This document shows positions 9,990 to 20,406 of a DNA stretch of 64,000 bases, piece after piece. The notes beneath the pieces are model-generated. The model was not told where the DNA came from. It ran no database searches and worked only from the letters and a program-made list of their open reading frames with translations. Position 1 is the stretch's first letter, and each line of letters starts with the position of its first letter. The stretch lies in NCBI GenBank assembly GCA_905187815.1, contig CAJJJM010000003.1, forward strand, positions 63,575 through 127,574. The letters are read 5' to 3'. The stretch comes from an uncultured Methanomassiliicoccaceae archaeon (GTDB lineage: Archaea; Thermoplasmatota; Thermoplasmata; Methanomassiliicoccales; Methanomethylophilaceae). The position numbers were made by a program, and so were the translations under genes.

Positions 9990-10232
9990 TCGATCAGAGC
10001 AATCCTCCCCATGTACAGTGGGAGGTGGACGATGGTCTCTCCCCTTCATTGGGTGACGTCGATTAAAATAGCTGTATGAACACCGCTTTTCATCATCCTT
10101 CGAGAGTCCGCCTTATGCTTCAAGCCTCAGCCAATCTTTGAGATTCCCTGGTGTTGAATATAAATAATCACGAATCCGTGTTTTATTTTCTCTAATTAAT
10201 ACACGAATCCGCGATTTGTCGAGAGGAGTGAA

Positions 10233-10775
10233 TCATTCCCATCTCCTGTACAGCCCGTGGTCCACGCCTATCTGGTCCAGGCATCTGCCGACGACGATGT
10301 CCACGATGTCCTCGACGGTCTTGGGTCTGGGATAGAATCCGGGATTCGCATCGACGATCCTCACGCCGAGCCTCGCCAGCTTTAGCTCGTTCTCCAGCAT
10401 GATGGCGCTCTTGGGGGTCTCCCTCACCAGGAGGATCAGCTTCCTGTCCTCCTTGATGCAGACGCTCACCGCTCTCGAGATCAGCGTGTCGGCGATGCCG
10501 TTGGCGAACTTGGCGACGGACGATTCGCTGCAGGGGGCGACGAACATCGCGTCGTACCTGAAGCTTCCAGAGGCGATGGAGGCGAACATCTGGTCGTCGT
10601 CGAAGACCTGGTCGGCCATGGCCTCCACCTGCTCAACGGTGTAGTCGGTCTCCGCCGGGATTATCTCCCTCGCGGTCCTGGAGATGACCAGGATCCTCTC
10701 GCCCTCCAGCTCCTGGAGCAGCCTGATCCCGTAGATGGCGCCCGATGCGCCCGTGATGGCGACGACGTATCTCAC
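10233..10775 (-). CDS. ubiX: flavin prenyltransferase UbiX (Pad1 family)
   Basis: 180 aa; MRYVVAITGASGAIYGIRLL N-terminus and overall flavoprotein (UbiX/Pad1) pattern. Confidence 0.85.
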   Translation of the reverse strand: MRYVVAITGASGAIYGIRLLQELEGERILVISRTAREIIPAETDYTVEQVEAMADQVFDDDQMFASIASGSFRYDAMFVAPCSESSVAKFANGIADTLISRAVSVCIKEDRKLILLVRETPKSAIMLENELKLARLGVRIVDANPGFYPRPKTVEDIVDIVVGRCLDQIGVDHGLYRRWE

Positions 10776-10883
10776 AGGTCGTATTATCGTGAATCGGTAG
10801 AAAATGGTTCGGATGGAAATGACTTGGGATGAATCTCACGTACGTGATTAAGTATGTTTTTTTATGTCATCACTGTAGATTAC

Positions 10884-11122
10884 AATTGATACCTACCTAC
10901 AACATAACAAATGCTCGTGAGAATCTGTACGCCATCGCCGATGACGTTCTGAACAACGAGCTGGTCACGATCACCACCAAGAATGGCAATCTCGTCGTGA
11001 TGTCCGAGGAGGACTGGGAAGGTGTTCTGGAGACCCTCTATCTCATGAGCGATCCGGAATTCGATGAGGACGTCAGGGAAGGACTGATCATGTCCATCTC
11101 GGAACGCGAGGCATGGAATTGA
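10884..11122 (+). CDS. yefM: YefM/Phd family antitoxin (start uncertain; ORF open from 10829)
   Basis: Core TNARENLYAIADDVLNNELVTITTKNGNLVVMSEEDWEGVLETLYL typical of YefM; 3' end overlaps toxin gene by 10 nt. Confidence 0.7.
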
Positions 11123-11415
11123 CCTACAAGATCACGTTCTCAAGGAAAGCTTCGAAAGTTTACCGGGAACTGGAGCGTCAGGGGTACAAGGACAAAGTCG
11201 ATTCCATACTTGCGGAGCTATCAATCGATCCCATCTCTCTGCCATCCAAGAGATTGAAAGGACGTTATTCCCACCTCTACTCGCGCAGATTGAATGCCGT
11301 GGACAGAATCGTCTACTCCATCGAGGAGCAGGGGGCGGAAGGATACGACGGCGTGGTCAACGTCCTGAGGATGCGCACCCACTACGACGGCATTCTTCCG
11401 GCATTCATTTTCTGA
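11113..11415 (+). CDS. yoeB: YoeB/Txe family toxin (RelE superfamily)
   Basis: 100 aa; MELTYKITFSRKASKVY...RIVYSIEE...VLRMRTHY pattern of YoeB/Txe mRNA interferases; translationally coupled to antitoxin. Confidence 0.75.
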   Translation: MELTYKITFSRKASKVYRELERQGYKDKVDSILAELSIDPISLPSKRLKGRYSHLYSRRLNAVDRIVYSIEEQGAEGYDGVVNVLRMRTHYDGILPAFIF

Positions 11416-11464
11416 TCCCGAGGCTCCGGAATTCGGACCGGCGTTCTGCACGAATGTCGTGCCA

Positions 11465-12481
11465 TCAGTCCATCGCTGAGTTGATGGCGATCTCGGCGAT
11501 GTCCATCGAGTACTCGGCGACCCTCTTGACGCTTCCGGAGATGAGCTCGGCCGCCATTGCGGTCTTCTCGTCCACAGTGCCGTCCAGGTCCCCGATCTCC
11601 TTCGACCTCTCGACCAGCTTCTCGCCGCGCTCGATGCACTTGTTGGCGGTCTCCATGTTCCTGTTGGACCATGTCCCGACAGAATCGGTGAACAGGATGA
11701 CGACGTCCCTTCCCGTGGACAGGATCCTGTCGTCGACCTCCGTGGGCTTCGCCTCTATGATCGGCTTGAGGTTGGATGCCAGGAGCACTGCGTGGTCCCC
11801 GATCCTCTCGATGGACCTGCTGACGCTTCCGCAGCGTGTGATCTCGCAGAGGTCCATGCCCATCCTGCGGGAGATGGTGATGTCCTTCTGGTGGATGTTC
11901 ACCTGGCGTGAGATGAGCCAGTCCAGCCTGTCGACCTCCCTGTCCCTGTCGCTCATACCGTCGATGATCTTCGGGTCCTTCTGCTCGAGGGCGTCGAGGA
12001 CGTCGTTGAGCATGTTCCTGACGAGGACCTTCATCCTCTCGACGGACTTGGCGGGTTTGATCTCGCCCTGGTCCATCAGGTCCTTGATGACGATGCTGTT
12101 CTCGCTCTCCTCGAGGATCTCCAAACCTATGGCGGTCTGGGTGAACGAGGATGCGGTGCTCGCGACCATGCTCGAGAGCTCCCCGTCGGAACGGAGCTCG
12201 ATCACGTCATGGCCGGCGATGTACGCGCCGACGAGCTGCCTGTAGAGGTAGTCGCGGTCGGTGATGCCGTCAGCATCGATGATCTTGGTGGACCCGGCGA
12301 TGGCCGCCTGCTCTCCACCAGGATAGATCACCATGCTCCCGTCGGGCTGCGGCTGGAGCCCGACAGTGTCATTCTTCTTTAGGCCAACGGAGTCGGCCCA
12401 GTCTTTCGGGAGTGTGATCATGAATGATGATCCGCCGGTAATCTGTATCCTTCTTAGGTCCACGGAGGATTGATGCACCAT
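11465..12481 (-). CDS. archaeal phosphate-uptake regulator: SpoVT/AbrB domain fused to PhoU domains
   Basis: N-terminal AbrB-like swapped hairpin (IQITGGSSFMITLPKDWA) followed by two PhoU-like repeats; divergent from pst operon across an AT-rich spacer. Confidence 0.8.
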   Translation of the reverse strand: MVHQSSVDLRRIQITGGSSFMITLPKDWADSVGLKKNDTVGLQPQPDGSMVIYPGGEQAAIAGSTKIIDADGITDRDYLYRQLVGAYIAGHDVIELRSDGELSSMVASTASSFTQTAIGLEILEESENSIVIKDLMDQGEIKPAKSVERMKVLVRNMLNDVLDALEQKDPKIIDGMSDRDREVDRLDWLISRQVNIHQKDITISRRMGMDLCEITRCGSVSRSIERIGDHAVLLASNLKPIIEAKPTEVDDRILSTGRDVVILFTDSVGTWSNRNMETANKCIERGEKLVERSKEIGDLDGTVDEKTAMAAELISGSVKRVAEYSMDIAEIAINSAMD

Positions 12482-12795
12482 AGGGATATAAAGATAATTT
12501 CAGTATTATATATGTATCTATATGTAATATATAGAATGTCGAAACCGATGATTTGCATCAGTGATCTGCTGTCTTTCTTTGTACTATATTATTAAGAAAA
12601 CCATGAATAATGATACCCATGAGTTGGATGCATCGGCGTTGAAAAACGGTGGCCAAATAATGTATCCAACAGGTTTTGTTAATCATATTTTATGTATGAT
12701 TATATAGTAAATATATATCTATGGATAAATGCATATAATATTTCGAGTAACTATATACACAGTACCAGAATACACAGAATTCGAGGTGTGATACC
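12482..12795. promoter_or_regulatory. AT-rich divergent promoter region between phoU-like regulator and pstS
   Basis: 314-bp strongly AT-rich spacer (tatatatgtatctatatgtaatatatagaatg...) in otherwise GC-rich DNA; flanked by divergently transcribed phosphate regulon genes. Confidence 0.5.
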
Positions 12796-13635
12796 TTGGA
12801 TAACAAAGTAATCGCAGGAATTGTGGTTGTTATCATCGTCATCGCTGCCGTCGGAGTGTACTTCGGTACACAGGGCGGAGACGACGAGAGTGACAAGCCC
12901 ACACTCGTTATCACCGGTTCTACCACCGTCAACCCCATCATGATGCTGGTTGCCGAGGAGTACGACGGTGCTACCCTCCAGATTTCCGCTAGCGGATCTG
13001 GACAGGGTGCAAGCGACTGTATCAACGGAACAAACGACATCGGAATGCTTTCCAGGGATCTGACCCAGGCTGAGCTGGATGCAGGACTCGTCGCAGAGAC
13101 AATCGCCTACGACGCCGTCGCCGTCATCGTCGATGAGGATGCTGGAGTCTCCAATCTGACTCTCGAGCAGATCGCCAAGATCTATGCTGGAGAGATCACC
13201 AACTGGAACCAGGTCGATGGAAATGACCTTGAGATCCGTCCTATCGTCCGTGAGGATGGATCTGGAACCAGGGATTGCTTCAATGAAGCTCTTGCCACTG
13301 TCTACGATGTCGACTATGACACCATTATGGCCGGATACAACTCCACCAACTCCAACGGAACCATGGCAAACACCGTGTCCTCCACAACTGGAGCCATCGG
13401 ATATGTCGGTCTCAGCTACCTCTCCGGACTCGGAGACGGTGTCGTCGAGATCTCTGTCGACGGTGTCAAGGCTTCCGTCGAGACCACTCTGGACGAATCC
13501 TACGAGATCACCAGGTCTCTGATCCTTGTCACCAACGGTGAGCCCGATGCAGACGAGAAGGCTCTGCTCGACTACATGCTCTCCGAGGCAGGACAGGCTT
13601 TCGTCGAGGAAGAGGGATACGTCCCCGTCATCTGA
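12796..13635 (+). CDS. pstS: phosphate ABC transporter substrate-binding protein
   Basis: 279 aa, N-terminal TM/signal anchor, PstS family core (TGSTTVNPIM..., SGSGQG, DGSGTR). Confidence 0.9.
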   Translation: MDNKVIAGIVVVIIVIAAVGVYFGTQGGDDESDKPTLVITGSTTVNPIMMLVAEEYDGATLQISASGSGQGASDCINGTNDIGMLSRDLTQAELDAGLVAETIAYDAVAVIVDEDAGVSNLTLEQIAKIYAGEITNWNQVDGNDLEIRPIVREDGSGTRDCFNEALATVYDVDYDTIMAGYNSTNSNGTMANTVSSTTGAIGYVGLSYLSGLGDGVVEISVDGVKASVETTLDESYEITRSLILVTNGEPDADEKALLDYMLSEAGQAFVEEEGYVPVI

Positions 13636-13647
13636 GAGGGATCCTGA

Positions 13648-15669
13648 ATGTCCCTGCTCAAAACGACTCCTGTCGCTGTCGGAGCTGACGGCGGTGCTAC
13701 AAAACCCGTCAAGAAGCTCAAAGACAACGACAGGGTCGTCAAACACATTCTCACGGCGCTGGCACTCGTGTCAGTCGCCATAATTTTCTTCATAATCGTC
13801 TTCACTCTCTACAACAGCTGGGATGCCATTACCGAGATAGGTATCCTGGATTTCGTCTTTGGAACGTCTTGGGTGCCTGGACAGGAGAAGTTCGGTGCAG
13901 CAGCACTCATCATAGGCACTATTCTCGTCACTATAGGCTCGATGGTAATATGCATCCCGCTGGGAGTTGCCTCGGCCATCTTCCTTTCCGAAATTGCATC
14001 CAATAGGACCAGGAACATCCTTAAGCCGATCTGCGAAGTGTTCGCAGGAATCCCCAGTGTCATATTCGGATTCATCGGAATCATGGTGTTCGTTCCTCTG
14101 CTGGTCGATGTGTTCCCGAATCAGGCATCTGGTGCATGCTGGCTTGCTGCTTCGTTCGTGCTCGGAATTATGGCACTGCCTACCGTCATGTCTGTTTCGG
14201 ACGATGCTCTCAAGGCTGTCCCCCAGTCCTATCGCGAGGCATCTCTAGCAATGGGTGCCACTAAATGGGAGACAATTCGCAAAGTGGTTTTCCCTGCAGC
14301 GATCTCCGGAGTTTCGGCAGCTATCATCCTTGGAATCGGAAGGGCAATGGGAGAGACCATGGCAGTGATCATGGTCGCAGGTAATGCTGCTGTCATCCCC
14401 GATCCGTTCTATAACATATTCTCCACTATCCGTACGATAACTGCGTCCATCGCATTGGAGATGCCTGACATCGAGATCGGTAGTGTCCACTACTCCTCGC
14501 TGTTCCTGCTCGCTCTGATCCTGATGGTCTTCGTGGTTGCAATCAATCTTCTGGCTAGATATGTGATCGATTCTAACAAGAGGAAGATGGGAATCTCGTC
14601 CGGAAAGAAAAAGAGGTTCGACCCCGAGAAGTATATCCCGGACAACGTGAAGGAACTCTGGACCGTTCACAAGAACATGATATTCAAGATTGCAATAATC
14701 GTGGTGTTCTTCGTGTTCATAGCTCTGATGCTGTCCCTCTTCATGGATATGGCCATTGCCGTCTGTTTCTCGGCCGTCATCATGGCTGCGTACGTCGCTC
14801 TGACGTACTTCACATCCAGAAGGTCCAATCCTCGTGTCGTGGAGAAGGCATCGTTCCTGGGACTGACCGCCGCAGTCGTGGTCATCCTCGCGATCCTTGT
14901 CTTTATGATTTACTATATCGTGGTCAACGGAGCCCCCGCCATATCATGGGAGTTCCTGACCGAGGCCCCGAGTCGTGGAGGTAGGGAGGGAGGAATCGCT
15001 CCTGCCATCCTGGGTACGATCGAACTCATCATAGGTACAGCCATCATTGCATTGCCTCTAGGCGTCGTCACCGGTATCTGGCTCGGACTGTACTCCTCCA
15101 AGGGAAAGGTCACTACCCTTGTCAGGAATGCGATAGACGCTCTGAACGGAACACCTTCCATCGTGTTCGGTCTGTTCGGAATGGCAGTCTTCGTCGTGAT
15201 GGCCGGATGGGGATTCTCGCTCCTTGCTGGATGCCTCACTCTGGCTTTCATGATCCTGCCGGTCATCATCAGAACGACGGAGGAGGCAGTGATCGCGGTT
15301 CCCCACGATCTGCTGGAGGCATCCATGGCTATGGGTGCCAGCAAATGGCAGTCTATCTACAAAGTCATCCTTCCGGCAGCAATGGGCGGAATCATGACAG
15401 GATCCATCCTCGGTCTTGGACGTGCAGCTGGTGAGACCGCGCCGATCATGTTCACGGCAACCACCGCATTCGTTGCGACAACGCACGTCAGCGGACTGAT
15501 GGACCCCGTGATGGCGCTGCCCTATCACCTCTATTATCTGGCAATGGAGGTTCCCAACTCCACCGAAGCCCAGTTCGGAACCGCACTCGTACTGCTGATC
15601 ATGGTGCTGATCATGTTCGGTCTCGCATCCGTCGTCAGGTACAGGTATTCAAAGAATCTCAAGTGGTAA
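13648..15669 (+). CDS. pstCA: fused phosphate ABC transporter permease PstC-PstA
   Basis: Single 673-aa ORF containing two ABC permease modules (PstC-like N-half, PstA-like C-half) joined by a Lys-rich linker. Confidence 0.85.
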   Translation: MSLLKTTPVAVGADGGATKPVKKLKDNDRVVKHILTALALVSVAIIFFIIVFTLYNSWDAITEIGILDFVFGTSWVPGQEKFGAAALIIGTILVTIGSMVICIPLGVASAIFLSEIASNRTRNILKPICEVFAGIPSVIFGFIGIMVFVPLLVDVFPNQASGACWLAASFVLGIMALPTVMSVSDDALKAVPQSYREASLAMGATKWETIRKVVFPAAISGVSAAIILGIGRAMGETMAVIMVAGNAAVIPDPFYNIFSTIRTITASIALEMPDIEIGSVHYSSLFLLALILMVFVVAINLLARYVIDSNKRKMGISSGKKKRFDPEKYIPDNVKELWTVHKNMIFKIAIIVVFFVFIALMLSLFMDMAIAVCFSAVIMAAYVALTYFTSRRSNPRVVEKASFLGLTAAVVVILAILVFMIYYIVVNGAPAISWEFLTEAPSRGGREGGIAPAILGTIELIIGTAIIALPLGVVTGIWLGLYSSKGKVTTLVRNAIDALNGTPSIVFGLFGMAVFVVMAGWGFSLLAGCLTLAFMILPVIIRTTEEAVIAVPHDLLEASMAMGASKWQSIYKVILPAAMGGIMTGSILGLGRAAGETAPIMFTATTAFVATTHVSGLMDPVMALPYHLYYLAMEVPNSTEAQFGTALVLLIMVLIMFGLASVVRYRYSKNLKW

Positions 15670-15671
15670 AA

Positions 15672-16439
15672 ATGACAGAGAATGACAATCTCGCCATGAA
15701 CGTCAAAGGTCTCGACCTCTGGTATGGCGAAAAGCAGGCGTTGTTCAAAGTTGACATGCCTGTGAAGCGCAACTGCATCACTGCGCTAATCGGACCGTCC
15801 GGATGCGGAAAGTCCACCCTGCTGAGGACACTCAACAGGATGAACGACCTAGTCGACGGATGCCGCGTCGAGGGTGAGATCACCTTCGACGGAAAGAACA
15901 TCTTCGCTCCGGACGCGAACGTGCTGGAGATCAGGAAGAGGGTAGGTATGATCTTCCAGAAGCCCAACCCGTTCCCGATGACCATCAAGGACAACATCAC
16001 CTACGGGCCGAAGCTCCACGGGATCACAAACCGCCAGGAGCTGGACACCATAGTGGAGGAGTCCCTGCGCAAGGCGGCCCTCTGGGACGAGGTCAAGGAC
16101 CGTCTCGGATCGTTCGCCATGGCACTCTCGGGAGGACAGCAGCAGAGGCTGTGCATCGCCAGGGCCATCTCGGTCAACCCCGAGGTCCTGCTGATGGACG
16201 AGCCCACTTCCGCGCTCGATCCCATCGCCACCTCCAAGATCGAGGAGCTGGCCATCGAGCTCAAGAAGGACTACACGGTCGCCATCGTCACCCACAACAT
16301 GCAGCAGGCGTCGCGTATCAGCGACTACACCGGCTTCATGTATCTTGGCAAGATGATCGAGTTCGGAGAGACCGAGCCTCTGTTCAACAAACCCAAGGAA
16401 GAGATGACCGAGAGATATCTCACAGGAAGGTTCGGATGA
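15672..16439 (+). CDS. pstB: phosphate ABC transporter ATP-binding protein
   Basis: Walker [10 protein letters not shown], signature LSGGQQQR, Walker [12 protein letters not shown]. Confidence 0.9.
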   Translation: MTENDNLAMNVKGLDLWYGEKQALFKVDMPVKRNCITALIGPSGCGKSTLLRTLNRMNDLVDGCRVEGEITFDGKNIFAPDANVLEIRKRVGMIFQKPNPFPMTIKDNITYGPKLHGITNRQELDTIVEESLRKAALWDEVKDRLGSFAMALSGGQQQRLCIARAISVNPEVLLMDEPTSALDPIATSKIEELAIELKKDYTVAIVTHNMQQASRISDYTGFMYLGKMIEFGETEPLFNKPKEEMTERYLTGRFG

Positions 16440-16443
16440 TAAC

Positions 16444-17091
16444 ATGCAGAGATTCCTAGACGACATAGAAGCGCTGGTCAACGAGACTGTCGACATGGGT
16501 AACCTGGCGTCCGAGATGATCGAGAAGTCCGTCCAGGCCATCGTCGACGGCAACGTCGAGCTGGCGGATGAGGTCATCGACGATTTCGCGAGGATCGACC
16601 GCTACGACAACGAGATCGAGGAGGCGGCCATCAGGATCCTCACGATCTACCAGCCCACCGCGGTGGACACCAGGACGGTCGCCACCATCCTGAAGTCCAT
16701 CACCTACATGGAAAGGATCGGAAAGTACAGCTACAACATCGCCACTGCCACCAAGTATCTGAGCGAGAAGCCGATGTTCGAGCCTGTCCACCTGATCCAG
16801 CCCTTCGGAGAGGTCGCGGTTCGCATGGTGAAGCTCGTGACCAAGGCCTTCGAGGAGAAGTCGGTCGACGACCTGGACAAGATCTCGGAGATGGACGACT
16901 ACCTCGACAAGACCATGCGCGAGGACCTGATCAAGATCATCGACTTCATCAACGAGAACGAGCAGAGTGCCGATGTGTGCACCTACTACATCTCGGTGAT
17001 CAAGTATCTCGAGAGGGTCGGGGACCACGCCTGCAAGATGGCCGAGAAGGTCAACTTCATGGTCACCGGGATGCGCGCCCGCATCGAGTGA
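16444..17091 (+). CDS. phoU: phosphate transport system regulator PhoU
   Basis: 215 aa with two PhoU repeats. Confidence 0.9.
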   Translation: MQRFLDDIEALVNETVDMGNLASEMIEKSVQAIVDGNVELADEVIDDFARIDRYDNEIEEAAIRILTIYQPTAVDTRTVATILKSITYMERIGKYSYNIATATKYLSEKPMFEPVHLIQPFGEVAVRMVKLVTKAFEEKSVDDLDKISEMDDYLDKTMREDLIKIIDFINENEQSADVCTYYISVIKYLERVGDHACKMAEKVNFMVTGMRARIE

Positions 17092-17144
17092 GATTCCCGG
17101 AAACCACTTCAAACCCTTTCCAACCCCTTTTCAAAAGTGATATT

Positions 17145-17636
17145 ATGTCGGTAAGATGCAGCAAATGCGGTTCCGAGCTCCCGGTCGAGACGACGTTTTG
17201 TCCGACCTGCGGGAACCGTCTGATTAATAGCAATCTGGGAATGACCTCTAACCTCATCCTCATCTACGGTGTCGTCGCGATCATCATAGGTCTGTTCTTC
17301 GCGGCAGGTCTGTCGGTCATCGATCAGGCATGGAACGACATCGCCGGACCAGACGGGACTTACGACGGCATCACATACGATCTGATGGTCTCGGTAGTTC
17401 AGTGGACTGCCGTCGCCTTCCTCTCCAGCGGTGTCTGCGCCGCCGTCTCCGGATTCATGTCCAGGAGGCTGGTCTATGGCAAGGTGTGCCTCATCCTATG
17501 CGTTCTGGCGAGCGTGCTTGTGTTCGCCGCCGCGATACCCGACCTTTCGATGCTGATCTTCTGCATCATCCTTTTCATCGTCGGGATGTACATGTCCTAC
17601 AGGCTGTACGCCCATCAGGATGAGTTCTGCAGTTGA
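17145..17636 (+). CDS. zinc-ribbon domain membrane protein (paralogue family member 1)
   Basis: N-terminal CxxC...CxxC zinc ribbon (CSKCGSE...CPTCGN) followed by 4 predicted TM helices. Confidence 0.6.
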   Translation: MSVRCSKCGSELPVETTFCPTCGNRLINSNLGMTSNLILIYGVVAIIIGLFFAAGLSVIDQAWNDIAGPDGTYDGITYDLMVSVVQWTAVAFLSSGVCAAVSGFMSRRLVYGKVCLILCVLASVLVFAAAIPDLSMLIFCIILFIVGMYMSYRLYAHQDEFCS

Positions 17637-17682
17637 GAAGGATAAAACGTTTAAGGCGGGGGTCACCCCGCCGATTATGTAT

Positions 17683-18234
17683 TCAGCTGGCGAAGCACTG
17701 GCTGTTGTTGTAGAGCCTTGTGGTGACGTACAGTCCGATCACGCACAGTACGATGCCGAAGACGATGGTGTTCAGCAGCCCCAGGGCCATGAACAGCGGA
17801 AGCACGGAGGCCAGTATGCAGAGCAGCATGCTTATCCTGTACCCCTCCCTCTTGCCGGTCATGAATCCGGAGACCAGGGCGCAGAGGCCGCTCAGGACCA
17901 TCGGGATCCCTATGAACATCAGGGCGGACCTTGTCTGATCCAGGGTCAGACCGTAGTATGTCCCGTCGGCGTCAGCCAGCTGTTCCCAGGTGCCGTCGAT
18001 CGTGCCGTAGGCAACGAGCACGACCGCCCCGACGATCACGGCAAGAACGCCGTAGACCATCATCAGCTTGGGGATGCTCTGGAGCGTGTCCTCCTTCTTC
18101 CATCCCGCCTTGTTCCTGTAGAAGTCGGCGGTCCTATCGTATGCGGTCCCGTCCAAGGACGCTCCGCAGGTGGGGCAGTATTCGGACCCCTCGGGGATCG
18201 CCTCCCCGCATCTGATGCAGTGTCTCTCTTCCAT
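17683..18234 (-). CDS. zinc-ribbon domain membrane protein (paralogue 2)
   Basis: CIRCGEA...CPTCGAS ribbon plus TM helices; collinear similarity to 17145-17636 and 18243-18779 products. Confidence 0.6.
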   Translation of the reverse strand: MEERHCIRCGEAIPEGSEYCPTCGASLDGTAYDRTADFYRNKAGWKKEDTLQSIPKLMMVYGVLAVIVGAVVLVAYGTIDGTWEQLADADGTYYGLTLDQTRSALMFIGIPMVLSGLCALVSGFMTGKREGYRISMLLCILASVLPLFMALGLLNTIVFGIVLCVIGLYVTTRLYNNSQCFAS

Positions 18235-18242
18235 TGTACGCC

Positions 18243-18779
18243 TCACGATGTGAACGTGGTCTTGTCACGGTAGAGCAGGAACGCGACGATCAGTCCGACG
18301 ATTATGCTGATGAAACTCAGGAACCCGTAGCTGGTGACGGCTGCGGCGATGCAGAGCACCACGGCGTAGGTCTTGGGTCCTCCCTTCCGGCAGAGCCAGT
18401 AGCTGAGGAGTGCCAGAACCCCGCTGACGAGGCAGAGCACTCCGCTGATCAGCAGCTCGGTGGCGAAGGACGGGTCCCAAGGACCGATGGTCATCCCTAT
18501 GGATTCGTACAGATCCTTCATCTCGTTGTACGCGGCCTCGTCGAACGTGAGTCCGGAGTAGGTGCCGTACAGTCCGACTATGAGCGCCAGGACGCCGTAG
18601 ATGAGGATGAACAATGAGACGTTCAGCCCGCTAGGCTGAGCGGTCGCGTAGCCCGGTGCGGGTCTGGCAGAGTGAGGGTTGGTCCTCCCGTCGACCCCTG
18701 CGCCGCACGATGGGCAGAACTCGGCGCCTGGCGGGAGCATCGCTCCGCACGAGACGCAGAAGTTGTTCTCTTCCGTCAT
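18243..18779 (-). CDS. zinc-ribbon domain membrane protein (paralogue 3)
   Basis: CVSCGAM...CPSCGAG ribbon plus TM helices; tandem with paralogue 2. Confidence 0.6.
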   Translation of the reverse strand: MTEENNFCVSCGAMLPPGAEFCPSCGAGVDGRTNPHSARPAPGYATAQPSGLNVSLFILIYGVLALIVGLYGTYSGLTFDEAAYNEMKDLYESIGMTIGPWDPSFATELLISGVLCLVSGVLALLSYWLCRKGGPKTYAVVLCIAAAVTSYGFLSFISIIVGLIVAFLLYRDKTTFTS

Positions 18780-18815
18780 GCTCCACCTCTAACACTCCGC
18801 TATTTAACTACCCTC

Positions 18816-20371
18816 TCACTGTTCGTCCGTATCGGTCGATGCGATGTCCGTCAGCCTGCAGGTGTCGATGGTCGTGATGGTGCCGATCTCCGAGAACCTG
18901 TCGAAGAGCGCATCGTACACCAGCCCGTGCTGTCCGGCGGCCTCTATTTCCGCCAGGATGGGGTAGTTGTCTCCTCCAGCCATCACGTAGTCGTTGGAGG
19001 CGACGAGGTACGTCTCGTCGGGGTCCATCTGGGATCCGTCGGCCATGATTACCGATACGATCCTCGATCCCGCCGGCTGCGAGCTGTCGTAGGTGACGGT
19101 GATGCCCGAGACCTGCAGATACCCTCCAGCCGCACCGGGCAGTCCCGCCAGTCCTCCCTCCAGCACCTCGATGAGCTGCTCCCCGGTCAGGACCTTCGTG
19201 ACGACGTAGTTCTCGAACGGGAACGATTCGTACACCATCCCTGCAGTGATGTCCCCGGGCGCTATCGGCGCGCGGATGCTGCCGCCGTTGTAGAGTGCCA
19301 CGTCCGCACCGGTCAGCCCCCTGATGGTGTCGGTCACGAAGTCCCCCAGGCCGACCTCCATTAGGCGTGACTGGGTCCTCTCGCCGGTGAGCTCGATGTC
19401 GGTGTGCCCTATGACCTCGCCCATGGTCTCATCGAACCTGGCGTGCATCTCCGCGATGACGGCATCGATCTCCGGATCCGTGTCGTCGTAGCTGTCCACG
19501 AGCTCCACTGTGTACCACTCGTCGGATGTGAGGCAGACGAGGCCGATATGCTGTAACGCATATCCGGTGCTGGCTATGAGGGTGTCCGATTCCTGAAGGG
19601 TATAATCGGATCCGACCACCTCGCCGCCGGACATGACGGTGTGGCTGTGGCCGTCGATGAAGAGGTCGATGCCATCCACCTCGGCGCAGATCTGGTCCGA
19701 GGTGATGCTCGAGCTCGGGTCGACCCCTATGTGTCCCAGTGCGACGATGCAGTCGACGTCCTCGCCCTGCAGGACCTCCACCATCTGGCGGGAGGCCTCC
19801 ACGGGGTCCGTTATGGTGATGTCGTCCAGGTATCCGGGCATGACGAGATCGAGGGTGTCCGGTGTGCAGAGCCCGAAGACCCCCAGCTGTAGCCGTCCCT
19901 CTCGATTATCCTATACGGTTCGAACACCAGCTCCCCCGTGTCCGCGTAGCACAGGTTGGCGCTTATCGTATCGAATTCAAGCTGAGCCGCGTTGTCCAGA
20001 TACGTCTCGAACCCGTAGTCGAACTCATGGTTCCCTGGGACCATGAGGTCATATCCCACCGCATTCAGTATGTCCACGGACGAGCCGCCGTGGGTGAGCA
20101 TCGTGTATCCGGTACCTTGGAACGCGTCCCCCGCGTCCAGCATGAAGACGGTGGCTCCGCGGGACTCGAGGTCACCCCTGAGCGCTGCCACCCTTGTGAA
20201 CCCGAGGTTCTCGTCATAGTACCCATGGGTGTCGTTGGTGTGTATGATGTAGACTTCGCCCGAAAGGGAGTCGTCGCCATCGTCGTTCCCAACGTAGGCG
20301 TAGGAGAACAGCAGGACGATCACGATCGCAACCGTGGCGACGGCGATGACCTTGATGTTGCTTCTCTTCAT
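18816..20371 (-). pseudogene. bifunctional metallophosphatase/5'-nucleotidase (UshA-like), frameshifted into two ORFs
   Basis: N-terminal ORF (19811-20371; signal anchor, HTNDTHG, GNHEFD metallophosphatase motifs) and C-terminal ORF (18816-19841; 5'-nucleotidase C domain) overlap; reading-frame switch maps to run ctggggg at ~19858-19864. Confidence 0.7.
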
Positions 20372-20406
20372 GATATGCGGATGCACGACGGCATTTAAGC
20401 AGGCTC

